DNA of 64,000 nt from Bugula neritina (GCA_964035545.1 OZ037767.1:9868581-9932580), one strand, 5' to 3'; positions 39,979 to 51,155 are shown, counted from the first letter of the stretch. Made by a program: numbers and translations. Notes: a model not told the origin generated them from the sequence alone.

Positions 39979-41174
39979 CTAGCACTTCTTCGCCAGCCGT
40001 TTCTCTAGTCGGGTCTGCAACTTAGCCAGCTCGGTGGTTGCTCGCTTCTGTTCCTTACTGAGGCGAGCCATACGCCGTTGCACTTTCCTAATGTCGGCTA
40101 GTAGGGATTGGTCGGGGTCGCTGTCATCTCGGGGTGTGTTGCTAGCACCCCTCTTCTTCTTATGGGTGTGTCGGGGTACGTAGGAAATTGTCGTCGTTGG
40201 GGGTTGTGAGTCCTTCGTCACAGCGCGTCCAGCACGGGTTACTACGACGCGTAGAGGTTGGGTGGTTACGTCTGGAGGGTAGGTAGTCGTTGTTTCGGAG
40301 GGTTGGGGGTCTGCATCAGAGTCACTCTCCACTGTAGGTCGGGTAGCGGGGAAGTGGTCCAGGAGAGTCTGTCGTCGGTCCGGATCAGTCATGTGGGGTA
40401 GTATTAGGTCCCGGAACTCCGTGTAAGAGTCTGCGTCGACTTCATACAAGTGTCCTACGTAACAGTCTCTAGTCCGTTGGTGTCTCAGTATCGTGTCCCT
40501 GCAGAAGTGGTGGACTCCGCAGGGACAGAAAGTCACAGTAAAGTGTTGTGGAACGTGTATTCTCAGTCTCCTAGTAGTCGATAGTATTCTTCTACATTCA
40601 GTGCATTGTCTATTGTCGTCCGTCCCTACTATTGCTTCTATCAATGTTCGAGTCCGTCGAGTCGTCCAGTTAGTCCGTCCCAGTAAGGCCCTTGGTAGTG
40701 CTAGAGTAGTGTCCTTGGCTACAGTCAAGTCATCAGTCAAGTCGTTGGTATCAATTTGCATCGCAGTGTGTGTCGGGGAGTCCGTAAATGTTGCTAAATG
40801 TATGTCGGACAGCATGTCTACCCCTGCTTCTGACATGCTGTCCCAGTTAGTCGTAGGCGTGTCAAGTAATGCCTGTATCTCGTCGGATACAGGCTCAGTC
40901 TCACCTGCAATAGAGTATTAAATTTAATTACACTCTATGCGTGGGACTCCCGTTCCAAACAATATTAAATAATCGAGTCTCACTGTCACTCACTGATCGT
41001 GTAATCAGCTGAGTCGACTGTCCCACTCTAATTATCAATATCATTCGCTGTCAGGAGTTTCAACTTTATCATTATGACAAAGTGAGACTGCTGTCGCTAC
41101 CAGAATAAATTCTAATTAATTATTATAGAATTTCTAGTAGACTTACCCCCCAAAACAGTTGCTGCATTAGACAT
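39979..41174 (-). CDS. Gypsy ORF3: predicted two-exon protein (~317 aa) with two Cys/His finger-like motifs and a basic coiled-coil tail
   Basis: Main exon 39979-40904 is open, behind acceptor CTCTATTGCAG. Candidate exon 41147-41174 (MSNAATVLG) ends in G|GTAAGT in matching phase. CTEC-x12-HVPQH and CPC...HQR motifs; LLADIRKVQRRMARLSKEQKRATTELAKLQTRLEKRL. Confidence 0.7.
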
Positions 41175-41414
41175 AATGATGCTGCTGCTTTCTTAGGGCT
41201 CGTAGATAGCCAAATTATTTATTGCAAAAGACGTGCTGCCTGTTTGCTAGCTGTAATTGAAAAGAGCGCTCACAGCTAGAGTGCTTATGTAACACCCTAT
41301 ACGCTGTGATTTGGCTACGCTCTGCTGACCCCCGGCTGACCTATTCAATCCGCCACTGGGTCGCCTGCTATCAATTACCTCGCTCCCCCAGACTCCTTTG
41401 TGAATGTCGCCATG

Positions 41415-44400
41415 CTACAGAATACTGTGCATGTCGACCAAGTCACACAAGAAGTCTTTTAAATAAGATGGTGGCGCCCTGGTACGTTGGCTACGGTCCA
41501 ACGGTACCGGGGAGTTTGCTGCGACTGGCGACTCTTCCACCACGGGTGGTGTCGCCAGTACGGGGGGGTCCACCAGTACGGGTGGCCCTCCCCCAGCTGC
41601 CTCTCCCTCAGTATCTTGAGGAATTTCCATCTCATCCGGAACGATGGGCCTGTCGACCGGCTCCACAGGTGGTGGGGCCGGCTCCGACAGGTCTTCAGGT
41701 GTGTCGACCTCTTCTTCCTGGGGTGGAGGAGGTTGGGGCTGGTCGGCTGGCGCATCAGCCGCCCCGTCCTGGTCTGGCAGTATCTCCTCAATATCTCTAT
41801 ATGCCATGGGTCGCCCCCTCATAGGAGGGCGCCTAGCTGGCTCTAAGAGAGGAGGTGCTTGACCTGCCGCATCAGGACTTGCCCAGTGAGGTTTTAGCCG
41901 TGCCTCGTTCTGGACCGACACTTGTCCAGACCGTTCCACTTTGTATGTATGATTTGGCATTACCTCAATTACGCAGTAGGGACCTACGAACTTCGGCTGC
42001 AACTTGGCTGCCTGTCCGCGCCTGCGGCGATGACTGGTCATCCAGACCCAGTCCCCCACCTTGTATAAAGGTGGGTCGTCAGAGTCACCACTCCTGACCT
42101 GCCACTGCTGCTCACGTAGCACCTCGTGAGCCGTCCCCATGCGTTTTACGAGCTTGTCCACGTAGTCGTGGACATTGCTCTCTGGATTCGGAACATGATA
42201 GGTTACGTGCTCAGGAACCCTTGTTTCTCTCCCCGGCATGAGAAAATTAGGGGTCTCCAGTGTACTGGAGTGAGGGGTACTACGGTACGCTCGCATGATC
42301 TGCGGCAACACCAAGTCCCACTCTTCCTGGCTCCTACCGATAAGCAGGCTTCTCAGAAAGTCCCCTAGCATTCGGTTGTTCCGCTCCACGACCCCGTTCC
42401 CTTGCGGGTGATACGGGGTCGTCCGACTCTGGTTTACCCCCCACATTCTACAGAGATCGCTCATAAGTTGCGACTGAAACTGGGCGCCCTGGTCAGAGTG
42501 TATCTGCTCCGGCAAGCCGAAATAGCAGAACACCTGTTGATCCAGAGCTCTGGCCACCGAGGGGGCCGACGCATCTGGAATAGCCAGTGCATCAGCCCAC
42601 CGCGTGAAATGGTCAGTTAATACCAGTATCCAGTTATTACCTCTCGCTGTAGTGGGCATGGGGCCTACCAGATCGACAGCAACCACCTGCCACGGACGAC
42701 CGGCATGGAGGCGACGCCTCCCTGCGGTCTCAGTGGGGCGGCCATGCTTGCTAGCTTGGCACACCTCGCACTTCCGCACCCGGAGTCGGACATCCCGGGT
42801 CATACCGGGCCAAAACCACTGGAGTTGAAGACACCTGGTCACCCGGCTAGCTCCTGCGTGAGCTTGCTTATGGGTGTCCCAGATCAACTCCCGCCGCAGA
42901 GCTGACGGGCAGACTACCCTCTCTCGTTCACTGCGATTGGTGCCGACTGCCAACGTGATCGTTAGCAGCCCATCGCTGTTGAACCTTAGGGAGTCCCAGC
43001 GGTCACAGAAGTACTTAAACTCAGTACTCTTCACTCGCTGTTCGGCCTCACCTGGCCGCCGTCCCTCCTTCTTGGCCCGGACTAGGTCAGCTACCACTCC
43101 TGGTAGCGTGGACTGGAGCCGACATAGCTCCCTGACGTTCCGAAGCAACGTGGGGTTTGCGTGAAGGTTGTTAACAGCTTTGTTGGGTGATTCGGACAGG
43201 AGTTGCCCTTCTTCCCAGCTGTACACACCCGCTTTCCCCAACTGCGCTTCGACGCCCGAGCGAGGGGGTCCACCGTCCATGCGCTCGATATTCTGGCATT
43301 GCTTACACCCATCTGCCTGGCGGCGGCTGAGTCCATCTGCATTACCGTGTTTCTTACCGGGTCGATGTTCGATCCGATAAGAAAACTCTGCCAGGATCTT
43401 TAGCCAGCGCGCCACTTGGCTGGATGGTTCTGCCCGTCGACACAGCCATATCAGGGACGCATGATCCGTCCGAAGCCGGAATGTGCGCCCATATAGATAT
43501 GGTCTAAAGTGTTTGACCGCCTTGACTACTGCCAAGAGTTCCCTCCTGGTTGCACAGTAGTTCTTCTCAGGCGCCGACAGGGCCTTGCTATAGTAAGCTA
43601 CCACCACCTCGCGACCATCTTGGACCTGCGATAGCACAGCCCCCACATTATGGTTACTGGCATCAGTATCCAAAATGTACTCCTTCGCAGGGTCAGGATA
43701 CGCCAAGATGGGTGCCTCCACCAGGCGATCCTTCAGGTGGTCAAATGCCTTCTGCTCAGCCTGCGTCCACTGCCATCGCACCCCCTTTGCGGTCAGCCGA
43801 TTTAACGGCTGTGCAATTCCTGCGAAGTCTGGTATGTACTGACGATAGTACCCAACCAGCCCCAGGAATGCCCGCAATTCAGAGAGGTCGACAGGAACGG
43901 CCCAGTCCTTCACGGCCCGTACCTTCTCAGGGTCGGTGGCGACCCCGTCTCGACCAACTACATGGCCCAGGTACTTGACCTCGCGTTGCAGTAATGCACA
44001 CTTCGAGGGCTTCAGCTTCAGGTTAGCAGCTCGGAGTCTGTCGAACACCTCCCTGAGTCGACTGACATGTGTGTCGAAGTCGGGGGAGATGACGATGACA
44101 TCATCGAGATATATGAGCAAGGTCTTCCAGTGCAGTCCACTCAGGACCTGCTCCATGAGTCGCTGGAAGGCGGCTGGTGCGGACGTAAGTCCGAATGGCA
44201 ACACCTTCCATTTCCAGAGCCCATCCCGCGTTATAAACGCGGCCTTGTCCTGTGCTTCAGGACTCAGGGGCACCTGCCAATACCCGCTTAACAAGTCCAA
44301 CGTGCTGAAGAACTTGCTACCAGCTAAGGCATCGATCCTCGAGAGAAGGTAAGCGTCCTGGATGGTCACGCTGTTCAGCCTGCGATAATCAACGCAAAAC

Positions 44401-45860
44401 CTCCAGCTACCATCCTTTTTCCGAACCAGGACGACTGGAGAACTCCAGGCCCCATGGCCTGGCTCAATCAGGTCCCGGTTCAGAAGGTCTTGCACCTGAC
44501 GGCTCACTTCTCTCTCCTTCTCAGGACCTAACCGGCGGGTCGGCTGCCGAATCGGCACCGTCCCCGCCGCCAGGGGTATCTCATGACGAACCGTCTCAGT
44601 CAGACCCATGTCATGGTCGCCGCAACTGAACACATCCTTGTACTCAGAGAGTAGCCGCGCCATCTCCAGGCGTTCTCGCTTGCTCTCACAGCCATCACAG
44701 GCATCCTCGTACAACTCTGCTACGTGTTCAGGCACCGGCCCCCTGCCGTCTCTAGTGGGTACTCCCCGGGCACCGTCCGCTGTTTCCAGCGCGGGCCCTA
44801 CATCCTCCTCTTGCACGGAGTGGAACTTCCCTACTAGAGACCCAGCCGGTAATTCTACCGGCTCCGTGAAAGGGTTTACGCACTGGACCAGGAACTCCCT
44901 CCGCTCATCCAGTCTATTCAGACTGTTAGCGAGCTGGACGCCCCCCAGTGCACCTTCCACCACTCCGAGTTCGAAGATCTCCCTACAGTTCACTCTGCAG
45001 CGAACTGTAGCCCGGGAGCGCCCAGGTACAGTACAGCGCTGTACCACCTGCACTCCCCCCACCAAGGGTCGGCCAAATCGGTCGACACAGGCCAGCTCAC
45101 GCCCCGCCATCACTACTGCCGACTTGCTAAAGTCGATGTAGCACCTGTGTCGCTTCAGAAATGGCATGCCCAAGATGGCATCCTCCTTGAGTTGACTGAC
45201 GATGAAGGTCTCACTGATCATCTGATCACGGACTCTACCAGTCAACTGGATTACCCCATAGAAAGGAATACACGACCCGTCCGCCAACGTGCCGTGTTCC
45301 CCCTCATATGGTTCTAGGCTAGCCCTGTCCTTGGCACTGAGAGTGTCGAAGAGACGTCGACTCAGTAGATTTGTGGTACACCTAGTATCCAACAGGAATG
45401 TGGCAGCTTTACCAGCAATTTTGCCGGGGAGGAAATAGCTGCTTCCATATGGCTGGGCGCTCACTGAGTGATTTGTCTCTTGAGGCGACACCTCATGTGC
45501 ATGGAATTGGGGATGCACCTGTGCTTTTCGGTTGCGAGGGGGTCGTCGACGTTGCATGGGCGGGCAGGGTACGTCTCGGTCTCGCTCACACACGGACGGC
45601 CGAGTGAATTCTCGGACTGATGCTCGTGTGGGCAACCGAGGAAAATCCCTGTTGTGCTCCCATTCGTCGTTCACTCCCTCATCAAGCAAACCTTCAAAGC
45701 GGTTTTTGAGTGCCCAAGCCGGAGGTATTGGTGGGCCTTGCGGCCGACTCACTCTCCTTGGGGCTTGCCACTCTGGCGAAGGCGGCCTCCTCACCCGATG
45801 GGGTGGGGGCCGTAGCCTTTGTCTTGGGGGGGTTAAACTGGGGCCCACGGTAGGCGGAAG
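41415..45860 (-). CDS. pol: Gypsy Pol (protease, RT, RNase H, integrase), with lesions
   Basis: LLDTRC (protease site), WRFCVDYRRLN, LPFGLTSAP, YLDD, LDTDAS, TDHASL, HKQAH..CEVC, DLVGP, HSDQG, VERNNR, KFVGPY. Confidence 0.96.
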   Translation of the reverse strand, partial: LPPTVGPSLTPPRQRLRPPPHRVRRPPSPEWQAPRRVSRPQGPPIPPAWALKNRFEGLLDEGVNDEWEHNRDFPRLPTRASVREFTRPSVCERDRDVPCPPMQRRRPPRNRKAQVHPQFHAHEVSPQETNHSVSAQPYGSSYFLPGKIAGKAATFLLDTRCTTNLLSRRLFDTLSAKDRASLEPYEGEHGTLADGSCIPFYGVIQLTGRVRDQMISETFIVSQLKEDAILGMPFLKRHRCYIDFSKSAVVMAGRELACVDRFGRPLVGGVQVVQRCTVPGRSRATVRCRVNCREIFELGVVEGALGGVQLANSLNRLDERREFLVQCVNPFTEPVELPAGSLVGKFHSVQEEDVGPALETADGARGVPTRDGRGPVPEHVAELYEDACDGCESKRERLEMARLLSEYKDVFSCGDHDMGLTETVRHEIPLAAGTVPIRQPTRRLGPEKEREVSRQVQDLLNRDLIEPGHGAWSSPVVLVRKKDGSWRFCVDYRRLNSVTIQDAYLLSRIDALAGSKFFSTLDLLSGYWQVPLSPEAQDKAAFITRDGLWKWKVLPFGLTSAPAAFQRLMEQVLSGLHWKTLLIYLDDVIVISPDFDTHVSRLREVFDRLRAANLKLKPSKCALLQREVKYLGHVVGRDGVATDPEKVRAVKDWAVPVDLSELRAFLGLVGYYRQYIPDFAGIAQPLNRLTAKGVRWQWTQAEQKAFDHLKDRLVEAPILAYPDPAKEYILDTDASNHNVGAVLSQVQDGREVVVAYYSKALSAPEKNYCATRRELLAVVKAVKHFRPYLYGRTFRLRTDHASLIWLCRRAEPSSQVARWLKILAEFSYRIEHRPGKKHGNADGLSRRQADGCKQCQNIERMDGGPPRSGVEAQLGKAGVYSWEEGQLLSESPNKAVNNLHANPTLLRNVRELCRLQSTLPGVVADLVRAKKEGRRPGEAEQRVKSTEFKYFCDRWDSLRFNSDGLLTITLAVGTNRSERERVVCPSALRRELIWDTHKQAHAGASRVTRCLQLQWFWPGMTRDVRLRVRKCEVCQASKHGRPTETAGRRRLHAGRPWQVVAVDLVGPMPTTARGNNWILVLTDHFTRWADALAIPDASAPSVARALDQQVFCYFGLPEQIHSDQGAQFQSQLMSDLCRMWGVNQSRTTPYHPQGNGVVERNNRMLGDFLRSLLIGRSQEEWDLVLPQIMRAYRSTPHSSTLETPNFLMPGRETRVPEHVTYHVPNPESNVHDYVDKLVKRMGTAHEVLREQQWQVRSGDSDDPPLYKVGDWVWMTSHRRRRGQAAKLQPKFVGPYCVIEVMPNHTYKVERSGQVSVQNEARLKPHWASPDAAGQAPPLLEPARRPPMRGRPMAYRDIEEILPDQDGAADAPADQPQPPPPQEEEVDTPEDLSEPAPPPVEPVDRPIVPDEMEIPQDTEGEAAGGGPPVLVDPPVLATPPVVEESPVAANSPVPLDRSQRTRAPPSYLKDFLCDLVDMHSIL

Positions 45861-46730
45861 TTACCGTGGGCCGTCGCTGTTTAACCGCCTCCCACTGCCG
45901 CGGGGGCAACTTCGTAGGAAGTGCCCACCACTACCACAGCCCCAGCATACGGGGCCGCGCCTGTCGGCGACAGCTACCGACGACCTCTTGGGTCTCTCGG
46001 CTGTCGCCTGCTGGCGCAGTTGCCTGAACTCGGCGAGCAGTTCTCGAATCAAGCTCGTGGTTAAGCTAGATTCGTCTGCTGCTGCCGCTGCGACTTGTAC
46101 AGCTGTCTTCGTTGACGACGTCGACACGTCGTCTGCCCCGACTTGCTGTACTGTCGCGCCAGGTCGACTTGCACTGTCGGCTTGGAAATAGGCATTCCCA
46201 AGCCTTAGAGCTCTCTCCATAGTCTCAACTTTGGCCACCAGCAGATGCTGTTTAAGACCGAGGTTGTTAATAGACTGGAGGAATGCATCCAGTGCTAGGC
46301 TCTGTCGACCATCGGCAGGCAAGTCGCTGTAAGCAACTTGTGCCAGTCGTTCGACTACGGTAGCGTGCTCTCGCAGATTGGTCTTAGGATTTCTCCTAAG
46401 ACTCTGCAGTTGCACGCGAGCATCTCGAGCGGTTAATCCAAACCTAGCTCGTATTGCTTCAAATATGTCACCGACATTCTGGCTTAACCCATAGGGTTTA
46501 GCCGGCCCTGTCAGACACAACCGCAGCTGGATCAGAGTAACCCTGTTCGGCCATCCGCAAATGTCCGCCACATCACTGAACTCAGTGATGAATTGCTCCA
46601 CATCTTCTTCTCCAGAGAAGGTGGGAGCCCGCAAGTGGTACCTGTCCATAGGCAGCGCTTGGCCGCCTATGTGATCCTCCTCCATTGCTGCTGGCTCCTG
46701 TCGGGGCGCGTCGACGACTTCGTCGGCCAT
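45861..46730 (-). CDS. gag: Gypsy Gag with CCHC zinc knuckle
   Basis: 289 aa ORF just after the PBS; PTFSGEEDVEQFI; CWGCGSGGHFLRSC. Confidence 0.92.
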   Translation of the reverse strand: MADEVVDAPRQEPAAMEEDHIGGQALPMDRYHLRAPTFSGEEDVEQFITEFSDVADICGWPNRVTLIQLRLCLTGPAKPYGLSQNVGDIFEAIRARFGLTARDARVQLQSLRRNPKTNLREHATVVERLAQVAYSDLPADGRQSLALDAFLQSINNLGLKQHLLVAKVETMERALRLGNAYFQADSASRPGATVQQVGADDVSTSSTKTAVQVAAAAADESSLTTSLIRELLAEFRQLRQQATAERPKRSSVAVADRRGPVCWGCGSGGHFLRSCPRGSGRRLNSDGPR

Positions 46731-46766
46731 CTTACTTCCTGACTAGGGGCATTTGTATTAAGTGAG

Positions 46767-46784
46767 ATCCCACCGCTGCCACCA
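46767..46784 (-). other. Primer-binding site, tRNA-Leu type
   Basis: TGGTGGCAGCGGTGGGAT, 1 nt inside the 5' LTR boundary. Complementary to the ..ATCCCACCGCTGCCACCA 3' end of metazoan tRNA-Leu. Confidence 0.85.
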
Positions 46785-46785
46785 G

Positions 46786-47194
46786 TGTAGTGAATTTTGC
46801 CAGTTCACTATTATTATTTGTGGGTCTACTTAATCAAAGCCACTGCGACAGGTTGTTTACGATAAGATACTTTATTATTTACACAAATACAAGAAGGTTA
46901 TTTACTGCTAGCATGAATAGAAAACGATTACATAATTAGTGAGCTTTAATACACAACTGTTCTAAATGAAGTCCCAAGCTGCTCTGCCGGCTAGCTACTC
47001 AGCGCACTGCAACTACGAGTAGCTAGCTCCACCTGCTATCAATTAGTGTCACTGTCCTGATTGGTGGCTACTAATGGTGCCACTACTGTCCATAGTTACA
47101 CTCCGACAGTGTCGAACTCGCAAGATACATAAACAATATAGAGTAAACCTTTTCGATTAACATAATAGGAATTGCACTACTAAAATCTATCACA
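46786..47194 (-). repeat. Gypsy 5' LTR
   Basis: Direct repeat of 39326-39734. Followed on the minus strand by the PBS. Confidence 0.96.
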
Positions 47195-48208
47195 ATATTG
47201 ACAACAGTCGTTTATTAACGGACGAGGGTAGGTTGGAGATTATGCTTGCTGGGTGGTTGGATTTGTTATGAATATATTTAGTAGAATTGTTTGGCTTAGT
47301 GTATGGTGTGTAGGTTTTATTGTTTAGGTTGAGCGTGGTGTCTAAGAAGTTAATAATTTTTTTATTTGCTTCGATTGTTATTTTTAATCCATTTTCAGAA
47401 AATATTTTGCAGATGTCCGTTTTTATGTTCTCTATTTCTCTGGGTGTTTTGTCGGAGACTCCTAAGCCGTCATCCCTGTACAGGCCGAAGTTTTTGCCAT
47501 GTTTAAATGTTATTGAGTTTAAAATGTACGCCCCAACAAGTTCGCATGTTTCTGTGCCGTCGTATCCTCCCATTGTAACGTCGAAGAGGTTGTGGTTATG
47601 TTTTCTCCATGCCTTTCCAGAGTTGAAGAGTAGTGAATTTTTGGCATGTATAATTATTTCTCTTTCATCTTCGCTAATTGTATCAAATTCCGATGCAAAA
47701 GTTAGAGCGTTTTCAAGTAGGTTTTTTGAAATTGAAGGGTAAAAGTTTATGACGTCAAATGAAATAAATGTCTGTTGATGTTTGTTGTTAATTCCTTCAA
47801 ACCATTTTATTACATCAGTGGTGTTTTTCCATTGGTTTAGGTGTGTGTTTGTGAGAATTTTGTTATTTATTCGGTCTAATATTTTCTTACTAATCTTTCC
47901 TATCTCTGGTTTGCAGGGGTTTATGAGGCGGCAACTTGGTTTATTTGTAAAATTGTCCTTGTGATCTTTCAGTGTGATGAAAGCTTCTTGCTCACTAGTT
48001 GTAGTGACTCTGTCCATAAGGTCTAGTTTGTTGACAATTTGGTTTGTTTTAGTTTTGATTTTGTCTATTGTGTGTTTGCTTACCTTTTTGTATGTCTTGG
48101 TGATGCTGTCTTGGAGCATTTTGTTGTACAGGTGTGTATCCATTTTGTAGAAGTTGTTAGTTTTATCGGATGGTACTAAAAGAGTAGTTGAGTTTTTAAT
48201 TTTGTTTC

Positions 48209-48270
<62 letters not shown>

Positions 48271-48278
<8 letters not shown>

Positions 48279-49539
48279 GTATACGAGAAACATTGTTATT
48301 TATTACTTTATTAGGTAAATCAACATCAAGTATCTGAAGATAAGCTTGAAGTAATTAAAGGTAAACTCTTAGACACGTACTCCAAATTTATAAAGATTAA
48401 GATGCCAAAATATTTTGATGATGCTCTAAAGAAATTGAAAAATAATAAGGATATCTCATTAATTAAACAAGACAAAGGAAAAGGTACTGTTGTCATGAAT
48501 AAGAAGGATTACATCAACAAATGTTTAGAAATACTAAATACACCAAAATTTTCAATATGTTCCACAGATCCAACAAAAACTATTGAAAATCGAATACAAT
48601 TAGAATTGCGTAGTATCAAAAAACATTTTTCTGACACTGACTATAAAAGGATATATCCAACAGGTTCAGCACCTGGGAAATTTTACGGGATGGCCAAAAT
48701 ACACAAACTCAAACAAGGAGATGGTATAGAGAAGCTACAAATGCGACCAATAATTTCTAACATAGGGACTGCATCATACCAACTTGCGAAATACCTGACC
48801 AAAATGCTATAACCACTTAGTGAATCTGAAAGTAATATCGAATCAACCGATAGTTTTCTTACATATATACGGCAACTTCATATTCCAGCAAACCATCAAC
48901 TGATATCATTCGATGTTGTTTCCCTCTTTACTTCTGTACCACTTGACTACACGATTTCAGCAATCATAAATGATATTTATGAGAAACAACGAATCCAAAC
49001 AACTATACCAAAGAAGAAAATGATAAACTTACTCAACCTTTGTACAAAACAAGTTCACTTTACTTTCAACGACATCATTTATACACAGACGGATGGTGTT
49101 GCTATGGGATCTCCTCTAGGACCAATAATTGCGAATATATTCATGACAAAACTAGAACAGAAAGTAATACCAAAGTTGAATTCAATGTCACCTTGGGTGA
49201 GATACATAGATGACACATTTGCAACAATAGACCCTGAGTATATTAACACAACACTCAACACACTTAATAATTTTCATCCTAACATAAAATTTACTCACGA
49301 ACTAGAAACCAATAAATCACTTTCTTTTCTGGATGTTACTGTTTTGCGACACAATAGCTCAGTGGAAACCACAGTATTCTGCAAACCAACACATAACGAT
49401 ACATACTTACATTGGAACTCTTTCTCACTAAAAACGTGGAAGCTAAGCACACTCAAGTCACTAGTATTAAGGGCTAATAAAATCTGTTCTACTCCAGCAC
49501 TTAAGACCCAAGAACTAAACTATATTCGAAATGTTTTTG

Positions 49540-49543
<4 letters not shown>
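48271..49543 (+). mobile_element. PLE RT fragment (Penelope/Poseidon-type) preceded by an inverted family A pLTR piece
   Basis: QDKGKGTVVM, FYGMAKIHK, MRPIISNIGT, SFDVVSLFTSVP, QTDGVAMGSPLGP, RYIDDT, LSFLDV. One frame with a single premature TAA at 48810-48812. 48271-48319 is the reverse complement of the family A end. Cut off at (TA)n. Confidence 0.92.
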
Positions 49544-49609
<66 letters not shown>

Positions 49610-49614
49610 CTATA

Positions 49615-50988
49615 GGAGTAACGGGGGGGGGGGGGGGACACAACGGGCAGAATTTTGAATTTTTTGCTCTCATTTGTCTGTTTTTCAAGTTACTAGTTCA
49701 ATAATCATCTAGTCTGAACGCTGCTTCTGTTGTCTATTACAGGTACCAATTTGTTGTTTCTATCTTTCTCACAACTTTCAGAATAATGAAATTTTTATGA
49801 CGAAAAAATCGACCCATTGTGCCCCGGTATACCGGGGTACAATGGGCCACTAGGTGGGACACAACAAATATATGGAAACTTTGCTAATTTTGTTGCATCT
49901 GATCTTCATTTATTTAATTTTACAAATAAATAAACAAATTCTTTCAGATCTACAGCGAAATTCATGTTTTAGCTGTACAGTTTGTGCCACCACCGCGGAT
50001 AATAGGGGAAGGCAAAATGAAACATACATCACTCATTTCTACAGTACCATTTTCATTACTGTTTAGAACTAAAAATGTTCTTCTATTTTCACTTTACAGG
50101 AACTTTCATCAGAAAAGACTTTAGTAACATGTACTACTTAAAATTCCGAGTGAACTTTTTTCTATGAACTGTAGTTAAGGTGCATGGCTGCTGTTTGTAA
50201 CTGGAGTACGGAAGGGAGAGAGGGAGGAAATGGGCAAATCGCAATTTAGTTTAGTCAAATACATGTATATTCCATCAATGATATAATATATAATTATTAT
50301 CATGACTATCCACTAGTAGCAACAGCGGAGTGTTTTGTATTATATATAAAATGGCAATTAGCTATAACCTCACCAGATGTATATATTAGGGGAGCTTCAC
50401 CTTGTAGTTTTGTAGTCTTACCATGATGTCTTTGATATTTTACGAAAAGGTCATAAATAGCTATATCTATAGACTTTAGTAACATTTTAACCAACTTTTT
50501 GGGCAAGCAAACTAATAAAAGTGATCAAGGTGCAAAAATCAAATGGCCCATTGTGCCCCGGTCAGCGTGGCTCATTGTGCCCCGGTCAGCGTGGCCCATT
50601 GTGCCCCGTGTGGCCAAATTGAACATAAATGTGACTCAAGGAAAACTAATTTTAGAGTTTGCTGTTATACTAGTTAGGCAACGTAGAGACAAGCAAAGGC
50701 AACAATATCAGTAAAATCTAGGCTTGTTACTTTTGAGTGTAAAAAGTTATAAAGCTTTAACAATATCTTAAAATATTTACTAAAAGTAGGAAAAAACAGT
50801 TTTTACTCGCCTCTTCAACATGTATGCTCCGCAAGTGTTGAAACTACAATGGCTGAATAATTATGTCAATACCTTTTTATTAAAAAAAAAAATCACAATT
50901 TTAAGTCAATAAGTTCTGTCACAGTTTTGCCGGCTTTTTTGTACCCCTATGACCGTTGTGCCCCCCCCCCCCCCCCCCCCGTTACCCC
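49615..50988. mobile_element. Non-autonomous TIR DNA transposon flanked by TA (Tc1/mariner-pogo-like)
   Basis: Ends GGAGTAAC(G)nACACAACGG and CCGTTGTG(C)nGTTACCCC. Internal repeats of CCCATTGTGCCCCG at ~49813 and three times at 50547-50609. No transposase. Confidence 0.8.
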
Positions 50989-51000
50989 TATATATATAGG

Positions 51001-51078
<78 letters not shown>

Positions 51079-51080
51079 CC

Positions 51081-51155
<75 letters not shown>

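Larger units (their letters stand above)
39326..47194 (-). mobile_element. Full-length Ty3/Gypsy LTR retrotransposon, 7869 bp
   Basis: 409-bp TG..CA LTRs at 39326-39734 and 46786-47194, with one mismatch seen. 4-bp TSD ATAT. PBS and PPT present. Domain order gag, PR-RT-RH-IN. Confidence 0.97.
38171..48212 (-). mobile_element. PLE family B (probably Naiad clade), 5'-truncated RT plus GIY-YIG, split by a Gypsy insertion
   Basis: RT 47195-48212 (SFDVINFYPSI, FDVTMGGYDGTETCELVG, GLYRDDGL). The frame resumes at 39321 after removing the Gypsy (RLLSISSNEKIF...RKRKVVWYNPPYS). Frameshift near 39115, then CNCREKESCPLKGNC, VIYQATV...YIGLSEGPFKLRYANH and RCNLCLWE. Hammerhead at 38216-38266 (-). Clade assignment is from recalled motifs, not a tree. 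Confidence 0.9.

Noticed and set aside
39979-40836. env gene
   Set aside because: No signal peptide, hydrophobic TM segment or fusion-peptide-like region.
41306-46191. Many + strand ORFs overlapping gag-pol
   Set aside because: Shadow frames of a GC-rich coding region with no recognisable motifs.
47190-48293. 367-aa ORF as given in the track
   Set aside because: The N-terminus runs through a pLTR piece and TA repeat. Only 47195-48212 is RT, and the stop comes from the Gypsy LTR.
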